In this document: piece after piece, positions 43,155 through 51,351 of the stretch
How positions within the stretch are numbered: the stretch's first letter is position 1
Layout: each line of letters starts with the position of its first letter
Virus record (IMG/VR): IMGVR_UViG_3300002062_000001
Location: 1 to 64,000 of that record
Strand: one strand, 5' to 3'
DNA from: a virus
DNA: 64,000 nt
Translations under genes and position numbers: made by a program
Notes under the pieces: model-generated
The model's input: the letters and a program-made list of their open reading frames with translations, nothing else
The model's database searches: none
What the model was told of the DNA's origin: nothing

Positions 43155-43655
43155 CTATTCCTCTTTTTTTCGAGACGCACCGATAAATCCTGCACGACCC
43201 GGCTGCAGATTAGCTTTAGATTTTGGGTTCAAACGCCCCTTTAACGAAGCGTCCTCCATGTTTTGGGATTGCGTTCCCGCAAACAAATGATTCGGGTTAA
43301 CACACGATGGGTTATCGCAAGCATGGCAAACCGAAAGACCGTCAGGGACAGGACCGAAGCGCATTTCGAATGAAAGTCTGTGCGCCTTTATTCTTTGTGT
43401 CCTGTACCGAAGAACGCCATAGCCTTCGTCATCAGTCGTGCCTGTCCAGTCCCAGCAAGCATTGATAGGGCTTTCGATGAAGCTGGACCAAAATTTCATG
43501 TGCGGAGGGACATCTTTCTTCGCATCATTCGAGCAACTTGCTGAACAATACGCGCGATCTTGCCACTGAGAATGGCTATCTTTTGGCTTCTTGTGAAACG
43601 CGAATCCGCAAGATTCACAAAACTTGGTATTGATGCCGTCATAGACTACAGTCAT
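43155..43655 (-). CDS. HNH homing endonuclease (HNH_3-like)
   Basis: Motif [18 protein letters not shown]...AHRLSF...[14 protein letters not shown]...N.D. AT-richer than its neighbours. Confidence 0.75.
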   Translation of the reverse strand: MTVVYDGINTKFCESCGFAFHKKPKDSHSQWQDRAYCSASCSNDAKKDVPPHMKFWSSFIESPINACWDWTGTTDDEGYGVLRYRTQRIKAHRLSFEMRFGPVPDGLSVCHACDNPSCVNPNHLFAGTQSQNMEDASLKGRLNPKSKANLQPGRAGFIGASRKKEE

Positions 43656-43948
43656 TGTGATTTTCCCTTTTTCTCTTTTGTTTTCAGACCTGTCTGGAAG
43701 GCTATTTCTTCCAGCATCAGAGACTGCATGGTGGAAAGCGACGGATCAGACAGCGAAACCATAACGATCCGATGTTCTTGAAACACCCGGCGCGCAGTCA
43801 GCGCAAAGCGTTCACCCTCGAGCGGGCCAGCCCCGCGTTCCGTGCCCCGCTCAGTCATCGAGACGTTCTGCAGCGATGTCCTGACCGGGATGTCTCGCGT
43901 CCGGTGGCGTCGCTTGGGCAGTTTTCGCTTCTCACACTTGAACGTCAC
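43652..43948 (-). CDS. hypothetical protein (98 aa)
   Basis: A GTG start overlaps the upstream stop. Confidence 0.4.
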   Translation of the reverse strand: MTFKCEKRKLPKRRHRTRDIPVRTSLQNVSMTERGTERGAGPLEGERFALTARRVFQEHRIVMVSLSDPSLSTMQSLMLEEIAFQTGLKTKEKKGKSQ

Positions 43949-44577
43949 GCCTCGGGTTCCTTCTTCCGGTTCGTCGGCACCTTGCCCAGCACTTTCGCAG
44001 CGAAAGCCTTGCGCCGCGCGACTTCTTCCGGGGTCCGGGTCATGGCTTCCGCATCCCGGCGCGCCTGTTCTTCCCGCGCCTCTTCGATCTTTTTCGCTCG
44101 ATACTCGATTGCGTGGGCTTTGCAGTTTTCGGACGCGATCACTTCGGCAAGTTCGGGCACCGTTGGCGGGAACGACCCCTTGAAGGGGCAGGTATTCCGG
44201 TCGATAATTGCGGAAAGCGTGGTCGCGTATGCGTCTTGAAACGCTTCAGCATATTGGCCCATCGTATCTTCGCGCAGATCGTTCGCCCACGAATTCGCGC
44301 TGGGAAAGAACCCCAGCAGTTTTTTCCCGGCTGTAGCGCAGTCCAGCGGAGACGCCGCGACCGCTGAAGCCGCCGCCACCGCCACCGCTGACTGGACCAC
44401 ATCGACGGACGGCACCGCGCCCACCCATGCCTGCCCCAGCGGGTCATAGTGCCCATCCAGAGACGCCAGAGCGTCATTCAGCTTCCGGTGATCCGCCAAG
44501 CCTTTTGAGGATGCGGGCAGTCTGGGCATCGATTTGGCCGGTAGCAACGGCGTACTGTTCAGCAGTTTGTGGGACAT
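43945..44577 (-). CDS. hypothetical protein (210 aa)
   Basis: ATG at 44577. Overlaps the 3' end of the upstream gene by about 100 nt, so the start is uncertain. Confidence 0.45.
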   Translation of the reverse strand: MSHKLLNSTPLLPAKSMPRLPASSKGLADHRKLNDALASLDGHYDPLGQAWVGAVPSVDVVQSAVAVAAASAVAASPLDCATAGKKLLGFFPSANSWANDLREDTMGQYAEAFQDAYATTLSAIIDRNTCPFKGSFPPTVPELAEVIASENCKAHAIEYRAKKIEEAREEQARRDAEAMTRTPEEVARRKAFAAKVLGKVPTNRKKEPEA

Positions 44578-45514
44578 CTTCTTCAGCCTCTATGAACTGG
44601 TTGATCGTTGGTTTTCCGTTACGTTTTTCAGTGAGATAGGACAGTTTCAGCCGCCAAGTTTCGTGCCCGTTTTTCAGATGTTGGGTGCCGTTGAAAAACT
44701 TGGACTGCGCCACTTTCCGAAGCTGGGCGCGCCACCCTTCAATCCCGCCGCAGGCTTTGATGGTGGGCTTCATGGCTTTGGCCAGTTCAGGGGTCATCTT
44801 TCCGCACCGGACTGGAATGCGCGGGGCATCCGGGTTCCGTTCCATAAGCCATGCAATCATCTGGTTGTAGGTCTTCGCCGCTTCCATGACATCCATCGGA
44901 GCATCGAAGTCGCATTTCGGGAAAAACTTGGCATAGGGGTCGTCTTCGGGAGGGATGAAGACCTTCGCCGATTCCGGCAATGAAAGATCAAGGACCGGCG
45001 GCGCGGCGTGAGCCGTGCCCCCTTCTTCTTTTTCCGGTTCTTCTTCCGGTTCTTTCCTATTTGTGTCCCCAGAGAGGACACTATCTGTCCCCAGAGAGGA
45101 CATTACACTGTCCCCAGAGAGGACATTACGATTTTCGCCGGGTTTCGTAGTGTCCTGAGCGGGGACACTATCTGTCCTGAGCGGGGACACTACGTCGTCC
45201 AGATAATCGTCGTTATGGTCCTGCGTAGTGTCGTCATCGGGGACACTACGCGCCGCCTCAATCAGATACACGACCTTCCGATCTTTCAGTGTCCCGGTGT
45301 CGATTATGTCGCCCGATTCCCTCAGCGAAGCGAGGGCTTCCGACACGCTCGAACGGGAAGCGCGACAGTCTTTCGCAATGCTGCCAGCCGATGGCCACGC
45401 CAACAGATCGCCGCGCTTGTGGTTCGCCCGTAGGGCCAGAACCATCAGAACCATTCGGGCAAGGCCACGGGCTTCTGATCGATCCATTGCAATTTGGGCA
45501 TCGCGACCACTCAT
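44474..45514 (-). CDS. replication initiator-like protein with N-terminal winged-helix domain
   Basis: wHTH-like segment MVLMVLALRANHKRGDLLAWPSAGSIAKDCRASRSSVSEALASLRESGDI. The gene body contains iterons, an arrangement like lambda O. Confidence 0.55.
   Translation of the reverse strand: MSGRDAQIAMDRSEARGLARMVLMVLALRANHKRGDLLAWPSAGSIAKDCRASRSSVSEALASLRESGDIIDTGTLKDRKVVYLIEAARSVPDDDTTQDHNDDYLDDVVSPLRTDSVPAQDTTKPGENRNVLSGDSVMSSLGTDSVLSGDTNRKEPEEEPEKEEGGTAHAAPPVLDLSLPESAKVFIPPEDDPYAKFFPKCDFDAPMDVMEAAKTYNQMIAWLMERNPDAPRIPVRCGKMTPELAKAMKPTIKACGGIEGWRAQLRKVAQSKFFNGTQHLKNGHETWRLKLSYLTEKRNGKPTINQFIEAEEDVPQTAEQYAVATGQIDAQTARILKRLGGSPEAE
45063..45248. repeat. iteron array (putative origin of replication): six copies of (TAG)TGTCC-N7-GGACA(CTA)
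   Basis: Copies are centred near 45072, 45094, 45117, 45159, 45181 and 45237. The spacings are 22, 23, 42, 22 and 56 nt. The best copy is TAGTGTCC-TGAGCGG-GGACACTA at 45148-45170. Confidence 0.65.
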
Positions 45515-45668
45515 TATTCCGTCAGACCCCAAAAAACGCTGGTCTGCGCGGACGCGGATAGGATAGAAATTTGCTCGAGCATGGCGGACCCTCCATCGGT
45601 CTTCTGCTTATCGGGGCGGCGCGGTAGGGCATTCCCGCGCCGCCACTTCCATAGATCAAACATCATCG

Positions 45669-46355
45669 TCACAGCAAGTCACCTTGCGGGCTGGCCCCGT
45701 CTTGGCGGCGATCCAGCATTAGGAATTCCGGCGCGCCGCTGGGGTGCTGGCTGGGCCTGATGCGGTCCCAGACGAACCAGCCATTCAGCATGGGCGGCGA
45801 TCCATCGCCGGTGAAGTCGATCTTCCACCGGCACAAATAGACCCGCGCAGGCGGGTATTTCGCCCAATGCCCAGCGTGGCCAGCAGCACCGGGCCAGTTC
45901 CACGACAAAAGCGCCGCAAAATATTCCAGCTTCAGTTCTTCCCAGCCATATCGAAGCCACCTGGCGCGCCCATCCCGCGCGTTAATTTCCTGATAGGGGG
46001 GGTTGGTCACGACCGCCGGGGCAGGGGCTTCCTTGAAGTCATAGAAGCTGCGAAGGGTGCAGTCCTGTGCGCCCCGGTCGATGATGTCGCTGTTGATGAC
46101 CGCGTGTCCGGCGCGCTCGAGTTCTCGAGACATCGCCCCATCGCCCGCGCAGGGTTCCCAGATCGTCGGGTAGCGGATCAAGCTGGGTCGCTCTGCCATG
46201 ATAAGCGCACGGGTGGGTTCCGGCGGGGTCGGATTGAAGTCGTCTTTTTCCCGGACGCGATCCTTGCTGGCGTTGCCGGTGGCCTTGAACAGCCCCGCCG
46301 CTGATTGTGCCGGCCGGTCGTCGATGGGCGCGCTATAGTCTGGCTTCTCAGTCAT
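45669..46355 (-). CDS. N6-adenine (or N4-cytosine) DNA methyltransferase, NPPY type
   Basis: Motif I IWEPCAGDGAMS and motif IV VVTNPPYQ. The start could be 46355 or 46364. Confidence 0.7.
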   Translation of the reverse strand: MTEKPDYSAPIDDRPAQSAAGLFKATGNASKDRVREKDDFNPTPPEPTRALIMAERPSLIRYPTIWEPCAGDGAMSRELERAGHAVINSDIIDRGAQDCTLRSFYDFKEAPAPAVVTNPPYQEINARDGRARWLRYGWEELKLEYFAALLSWNWPGAAGHAGHWAKYPPARVYLCRWKIDFTGDGSPPMLNGWFVWDRIRPSQHPSGAPEFLMLDRRQDGASPQGDLL

Positions 46356-46626
46356 GGAAGGCACCTTTCGCGATAGCTTCCTGTTTGCAGCGTTCCCAGA
46401 AACGAAGAACCCGCCGCCAGCTTTTTTGGTCTGGGCGGCGCTTAAACCTGCGCTTCGCCATCGAAAAAAGATGCCGAAGCCGCTTGGGCACGTTCCGCCA
46501 GTGGGTGCCGCATATCCATTCTGGATAGTCGTCCGGCGTGATCGCCAAGGTCTTGCTGCAGAACGGCGCGCCGCACCTGATGCGTTGTCCGGCGGCGATC
46601 TGGCGTTCCTTCTCTTCGCTGGTCAT
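46348..46626 (-). CDS. hypothetical basic Cys-containing protein
   Basis: ATG at 46626 overlaps the upstream stop. Confidence 0.45.
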   Translation of the reverse strand: MTSEEKERQIAAGQRIRCGAPFCSKTLAITPDDYPEWICGTHWRNVPKRLRHLFSMAKRRFKRRPDQKSWRRVLRFWERCKQEAIAKGAFHD

Positions 46627-47351
46627 ATCTTCCGCCACACTGCTTCGCTCGAATAACTGCCTTCACGCCGGCCGCGCGTCGAAACCACTTCGAAGAGTGG
46701 ATCAAACGGAAGCCAGTCAGCGCCCACATTTTCGCAGACATCGACTGAACCAGGTAGCGACCTGCACCATTCAGCAAGCGCCGGGAAGTCCACGCTGTCA
46801 TGCGGATACTTGCGCCCCGGCGCGCCGGAATAGGGTGGATCGATATGCCAGTGGGCTTCTTCGACCGGCACCTTCTCCCACGATAGCTGATCCACCGTCC
46901 AGTTCGCGATCAGCGGCTTCTGATTGATGATCCGCGCCTTCACCTGCGGTCCCCAGACCCTGCAATCGTGAGATTGATTATATCGGAAATACCACGGCGA
47001 CAGCTTTTGGCTGGGCTGGGCGCGCCCCTTCGCGATCCAGAACGAACACAAAAGGCGTGGCCCTCGCTCGAGGCTCAAAAACTCTTCATCTGTGACGAAG
47101 CTGTCAGGGATTTTTTCGATGTCATTAACGGAAGCGTTAATCAGGAAATCCCATAGATCACAGATGTCCGGTGACACATCGTAAAGCCGTACATTTCGGG
47201 CGTTCCAGCGGGTCGCGTAGCAAGCTGAACCGGCGAACGGCTCTATCACAAGATCCCGGCGGGGTTTCCCGTAATATTTCGCGCCGATGTACTTCGCGCC
47301 ATAGTAGCTGAAGAACGGCTTCACGGCGCGGTCAGGAATACGGGCTTGCAC
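46623..47351 (-). CDS. Dam-like (D12 class) DNA N6-adenine methyltransferase
   Basis: N-terminus KPFFSYYGAKY, then VIEPFAGSA, then the catalytic motif IDPPYSG. Confidence 0.8.
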   Translation of the reverse strand: MQARIPDRAVKPFFSYYGAKYIGAKYYGKPRRDLVIEPFAGSACYATRWNARNVRLYDVSPDICDLWDFLINASVNDIEKIPDSFVTDEEFLSLERGPRLLCSFWIAKGRAQPSQKLSPWYFRYNQSHDCRVWGPQVKARIINQKPLIANWTVDQLSWEKVPVEEAHWHIDPPYSGAPGRKYPHDSVDFPALAEWCRSLPGSVDVCENVGADWLPFDPLFEVVSTRGRREGSYSSEAVWRKI

Positions 47352-47701
47352 CCGTGATCTTCCAGAGCGCGGTCAACACCAAAGCGAAGCGCCTCTTGGT
47401 GCTTCCTGATCGCCGCCCAGCTGCTGGTCCGTTCTGCGTCACAGATCAGCCAGACCAGCCCACGAAGCGTGTCTTCAGCGCCCAGCCGTTCGATCTGATC
47501 TGGTGTCACGCTTTCGCTGTAGCCAGACAGCTTCCGAAGTTCGGAGACATCTAGCCCGGTGCAGCATCCGCGTTCTGCGATGATGGCGACCCTAAGCACC
47601 AGTTCGAAGCCAGCCCCCCATCGCTGATCGATATAAGAGGGGCTGGTGGGTAGCGCGGGGACCGTCACTTCTGACCGCGCACGCGCATCAGATACTTGCA
47701 A
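47321..47701 (-). CDS. hypothetical protein (126 aa)
   Basis: ORF-track ORF with a non-ATG start. Co-oriented with its neighbours. Confidence 0.4.
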   Translation of the reverse strand: MQVSDARARSEVTVPALPTSPSYIDQRWGAGFELVLRVAIIAERGCCTGLDVSELRKLSGYSESVTPDQIERLGAEDTLRGLVWLICDAERTSSWAAIRKHQEALRFGVDRALEDHGCKPVFLTAP

Positions 47702-47907
47702 TGGTCGCGGACCATCCTGCCGAAGCCAGTCAAACGACCGGCGGCATTCGCGATCCCGCCATATCGGTTGCCCAGATCGGGGTTGATGGTGTCCGTCGTG
47801 CTGCGACCCAGCGCCAGCCGGTGGTCCGGGTTCATCACAAAAGCGCAGGCGCGCGCTTCCTGTCTGGTTCCGCTGCTGGGCACCGCGACAACTTTACAAT
47901 GGGGCAT
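47665..47907 (-). CDS. hypothetical protein (80 aa)
   Basis: ATG at 47907. Co-oriented with its neighbours. Confidence 0.4.
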   Translation of the reverse strand: MPHCKVVAVPSSGTRQEARACAFVMNPDHRLALGRSTTDTINPDLGNRYGGIANAAGRLTGFGRMVRDHCKYLMRVRGQK

Positions 47908-49354
47908 CGTCCATTCCTTTCAGGCATCGTTTCAGAATCCAGTCCATGACGTGCGTCGGCATCGCGTTGCCTATCGCACAATATCGAGGGCCATCCGGGG
48001 TCCGGGTCAGCACTGCGACATCCTCGGGTGAATAGCCGCTTTCCAGCAGATACCGGCGATCATCTTCGATGTCGCCTTCCTTCCGTCTGGCTTTCGGCCA
48101 TTCGATCAGTGTGTGGTCGTCCGGGAAGCCCTGCAGCCGCTCAGCTTCGCGTGGCGTGATCCGGCGGACGACGAACTGTCTGCTGTCGAAGATCACCGGG
48201 TCTTGGTCGCCCTTGTCCGCATCCGCTGTCAGGGGCGGGAAGACATCGCTGGGCGCGCCGTCTTTGTCTCTGGTGAAGAAGCTGGGCTTGAAGGCGACCG
48301 CCTGCGGGGTCCGGCGCGCCTCGATCGTATAGGCGACATCTTCCGCGATCCCCGCGCCCTGCGGTCCAGCTTCCGGGTTCTCACTTGTCGCGCGCTCTTG
48401 GATAGCGATGGCGACCTGTCCCCCGGAATTCGGGTGGCTCTTGTCGTGCTTCATCGCGCGCAAGGTTGGCGAAACTTCTCCCACATCTGCCCCATTGTCG
48501 GTGCAGGAAAACGCCACTAAATTTTGCGTTTCGTTGCCGGATGGTCCGCCGGTCCCCTTCGCCCACTTAGAAGATACGCACCCGGCAATCTGCCCATGAT
48601 GGCCTGCTACCGTGACCCGCTCAGGACCGCTTCCAGCGCCGCCTTCAGGAATGGAAATAACTTGTTCGACAGGCTCTTCTTTTCGGCGCGGCGCAGAATG
48701 CCGGTGCAGGCTTTGACGCTCAAAGAGAACCGACGCGGGGTCTGGACCGTCTCCAAGATCGACCACAACGAACAGACGCTTGCGTCGTTGGGCCAGTCCG
48801 AAGAATTCAGCGTTGAGAACCCGCCAGCAGAGCCGTGCCCGTGGCCCGGAAGCCATACCGACGACGGGCCAGCTTCCCCCGTCTGGCGTACACATGGGAT
48901 GATCTGCCCCGATAATTCCTGAAATGAAACATCCGAAGGCGTTGGTGTCGTCGCTGAGGACGCCGGGGACGTTCTCCCAGACAACGCATCGAAGAGGTCC
49001 GTTTGATCTGAGGTCATGCACCAGTTCCACGAATTTCAGTGTGAGGTTGCCACGCGCGTCGTCCGTGCCCTTCCGCTTCCCGCTCAGGCTGAACGCCTGA
49101 CACGGCGTCCCCGCAACAAGGATCTCTGGAAGCGGCACCCGATCAGCTTTTAACCGCGCCGCAGTGATCTGGGTGAAGTCACCATAAAGCGTGCCGCCGT
49201 GGTTCGATGGCCCTTCTTCGATGGGTCGATAGCCCAGCTTCTGGCACAAAACCGCGCGCGGGAATGGTTCGATTTCAGAAGCCGCGCGCCACTCGATTTC
49301 CGGGCAAGCGACTTCTGGACTGCCGATTCCTGAGCAAACCGTCATGCCAATCAT
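47894..49354 (-). CDS. DNA cytosine-5 methyltransferase
   Basis: C5-methyltransferase motifs in order: CSGIGSPE, GTPCQAFS, WENVPG, QRRKRLF, ...RLQGFPD, GNAMP. Confidence 0.9.
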   Translation of the reverse strand: MIGMTVCSGIGSPEVACPEIEWRAASEIEPFPRAVLCQKLGYRPIEEGPSNHGGTLYGDFTQITAARLKADRVPLPEILVAGTPCQAFSLSGKRKGTDDARGNLTLKFVELVHDLRSNGPLRCVVWENVPGVLSDDTNAFGCFISGIIGADHPMCTPDGGSWPVVGMASGPRARLCWRVLNAEFFGLAQRRKRLFVVVDLGDGPDPASVLFERQSLHRHSAPRRKEEPVEQVISIPEGGAGSGPERVTVAGHHGQIAGCVSSKWAKGTGGPSGNETQNLVAFSCTDNGADVGEVSPTLRAMKHDKSHPNSGGQVAIAIQERATSENPEAGPQGAGIAEDVAYTIEARRTPQAVAFKPSFFTRDKDGAPSDVFPPLTADADKGDQDPVIFDSRQFVVRRITPREAERLQGFPDDHTLIEWPKARRKEGDIEDDRRYLLESGYSPEDVAVLTRTPDGPRYCAIGNAMPTHVMDWILKRCLKGMDDAPL

Positions 49355-49551
49355 AAAGAGAATTCCCAGCGGCGATCTTCACTTATGGCCCCAGATGAAA
49401 GGTCTATTTTGCCCATATCATCTTCTGAAAATTGCCTTCTGAAGCGGTGTCTGGCTTCACGAATGGCAATTTCTAAGCATCGCGCGCGCACAAAGAACTT
49501 TCTTTTTTCGCCGCCTATACTGCAATCGAATTCGTACAACCGCTTAGACAT
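49351..49551 (-). CDS. hypothetical protein (66 aa), AT-richer
   Basis: ATG at 49551. Lies between the RuvC gene and the C5-methyltransferase gene. Confidence 0.4.
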   Translation of the reverse strand: MSKRLYEFDCSIGGEKRKFFVRARCLEIAIREARHRFRRQFSEDDMGKIDLSSGAISEDRRWEFSL

Positions 49552-49951
49552 CAAAACACTTTCTTGGATCGCTCGAGAATGCGCCGCGCGCCGCGCTGAT
49601 TACCCCGATGCCGTTCACGGCACCACGCCCCCAGATGTTTTTCCGCCAGTCTCCGATGGAAACAGGCACCGTCTTCGCGCCCCGGATTTCGGCGACCGCT
49701 TCAGTGATAGCCGCCAGTCCGAACAGGACAGCCGTAGTCTTCGGGTTCTTGCCTTGGAATGCGGCTTCGTATCCCACAATTTCCGGCTGATGTTCTTTCA
49801 AGCGGGCACTAAGCCACTTCAAATAGACAGCATACCGGCGATTTTCTTCAGCCTTATCCGAAAACGAAAGCGACCCAAAAACTGGATCGCCCTCGGCATC
49901 GCCTATGCACCATCCGGTGCTGCTGAAACTGAGGTCCAGCGCGACGATCAC
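49544..49951 (-). CDS. RuvC-like Holliday junction resolvase
   Basis: N-terminus IVALDLSFSSTGW (RuvC D-x-G/S motif region). 135 aa. A GTG start overlaps the upstream TGA. Confidence 0.6.
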   Translation of the reverse strand: MIVALDLSFSSTGWCIGDAEGDPVFGSLSFSDKAEENRRYAVYLKWLSARLKEHQPEIVGYEAAFQGKNPKTTAVLFGLAAITEAVAEIRGAKTVPVSIGDWRKNIWGRGAVNGIGVISAARGAFSSDPRKCFDV

Positions 49952-50559
49952 GTAAATTCAGCCTCGGCATCAGCCTTGGCCTTCGCGGCTGCGTCGGCTT
50001 CGGTTTCATCATCCAAGGCGTCGTCGTCGAGCGTATCGGCTGCGTCCTTTTTGTTTTGCTCTGCCAGTGCTTCGTTCAGGATCGACTGGCCTTCATGCCA
50101 TGCCGCATTGAACGCCTGAACCAGTTCCTGATCTTCGTAGTCGCAGACCATCGGCGCATCTTGGCGACCGGCGGTGAACCCTTTGTTGCTGGCGCGCGAC
50201 AGTTCTGTCTTACGCTCTTCGGCTTTCGACATTTTCTTGGGGCTGTCGAACTTCAGTTCCGTCTGGAACCCGACCGGCATCCGCATCATCTGTTTGATGG
50301 CTCGAGCCTGCGATTCCTGTCGCTCTTGCTCTTCCGGCGACAGCTTGTTCAGCTTCCGCACCGCGTCCAGAACGCCCAGAGTGACGCCCTTCGATTTGAT
50401 TTCCTGCCTGACTTCGCCCTTGCGAGCCTGAAGCGCCTTGATCTGGGCTTCCAGTTTCTCTTCGCGCGCGATCAGCTTTTGCAGTTCTTCGGGCTGACAG
50501 TTGATGCCAGACAGTTCGGTGATTTCCGGTCCCATATTGTGGTCCTTACCCTTCGCCAT
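49948..50559 (-). CDS. protein with N-terminal DUF2312/GapR-like domain and acidic C-terminus
   Basis: ELQKLIAREEKLEAQIKALQARKGEVRQEIKSKGVTLGVLDAVRKLNKL aligns by eye with GapR (QLKSIIDRVERLEVEKAEI..IKEVYAEAKGNGFDVKVLKKVV). ATG at 50559 follows GAAGGAAG. Confidence 0.5.
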   Translation of the reverse strand: MAKGKDHNMGPEITELSGINCQPEELQKLIAREEKLEAQIKALQARKGEVRQEIKSKGVTLGVLDAVRKLNKLSPEEQERQESQARAIKQMMRMPVGFQTELKFDSPKKMSKAEERKTELSRASNKGFTAGRQDAPMVCDYEDQELVQAFNAAWHEGQSILNEALAEQNKKDAADTLDDDALDDETEADAAAKAKADAEAEFT

Positions 50560-50854
50560 TTTCGGTGTCTTCCTTCTGTTTGGCGTCTTCCAGCCGCCGT
50601 TGTTGCATGATGATCCTCGCCTTCCGCGAAGTGTCATAGGTCGTCGTCGGAATTTTTCCGGTGTGCTTGGGGTCTTCGCGTGCAGCTATCGCGAGACGCA
50701 GACGGTCAACCCATTTGGTGTCGCCGGTCACGTCAACGCCCAGCTTCGATTTGCTGCAGATGCCTTCTTCCAGGAATGCTTCGACTTCGGCGACGAACGC
50801 GACGAAATCGTGGTCTGGTCGAAGGTCTTCGGGGGTGTCTGTATTATCAGCCAT
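50546..50854 (-). CDS. hypothetical protein, first gene of the leftward early operon
   Basis: ATG at 50854. The ORF extends to a TTG at 50878. Confidence 0.45.
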   Translation of the reverse strand: MADNTDTPEDLRPDHDFVAFVAEVEAFLEEGICSKSKLGVDVTGDTKWVDRLRLAIAAREDPKHTGKIPTTTYDTSRKARIIMQQRRLEDAKQKEDTENGEG

Positions 50855-50899
50855 CCGCACAAAGGGGATAAAACCCAAGGCGATGTCAAGAATTATCGC

Positions 50900-50942
50900 G
50901 GGTTATAACCCTTAAAAAGCTGTTGCGCTCAGGGTTTAATCC
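50900..50942. promoter_or_regulatory. divergent control region with palindrome GGGTTATAACCC and related GGGTTTAATCC
   Basis: A perfect 12-bp palindrome at 50900-50911, TTGCGC at 50923-50928 and GGGTTTAATCC at 50932-50942. The region lies between divergent operons. Confidence 0.45.
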
Positions 50943-50982
50943 GTTACAGATCGGATGGGTTTGACACATTGAAGGATATGAC

Positions 50983-51351
50983 ATGCTGACGAAGCGCCAG
51001 AAAGTTAACTGCGACGGATGCACCAGATGCTGTCAGGGGTTCCAGCAAATCATGCTGAAGCCCGAAGACAATCCCGATCTGTACCAGACTGCAGAAACCA
51101 TATCAGCACTGACCGGCGAAACCGGCTTGGCCCTTGCTCAGAAGCCTAATGGCGACTGCGTTTATCTGGGCGAAGAAGGATGCACGATCTATGACCGCGC
51201 GCCCGCCATCTGTCGCCATTTCGATTGCAGGCAGATGGCTGCCCTTCTTCGATCAAAGATGACCAGAGCCGAATTCCGGCGCGTGGTCAGGGCGGAAACC
51301 GCCGGTGTGCTGAAGCGTGGCGTTGAACTTGGAAGGGAAGACACCCCATGA
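50983..51351 (+). CDS. YkgJ-family (UPF0153) cysteine-cluster protein
   Basis: CDGCTRCC ... GCTIYDRAPAICRHFDC pattern. Confidence 0.7.
   Translation: MLTKRQKVNCDGCTRCCQGFQQIMLKPEDNPDLYQTAETISALTGETGLALAQKPNGDCVYLGEEGCTIYDRAPAICRHFDCRQMAALLRSKMTRAEFRRVVRAETAGVLKRGVELGREDTP

Noticed and set aside
45063-45248. Regularly spaced repeats considered as a possible CRISPR array.
   Set aside because: The repeats are short palindromic units spaced about 22 nt apart inside a coding region. No spacers of CRISPR length and no cas genes are present. The pattern fits iterons.
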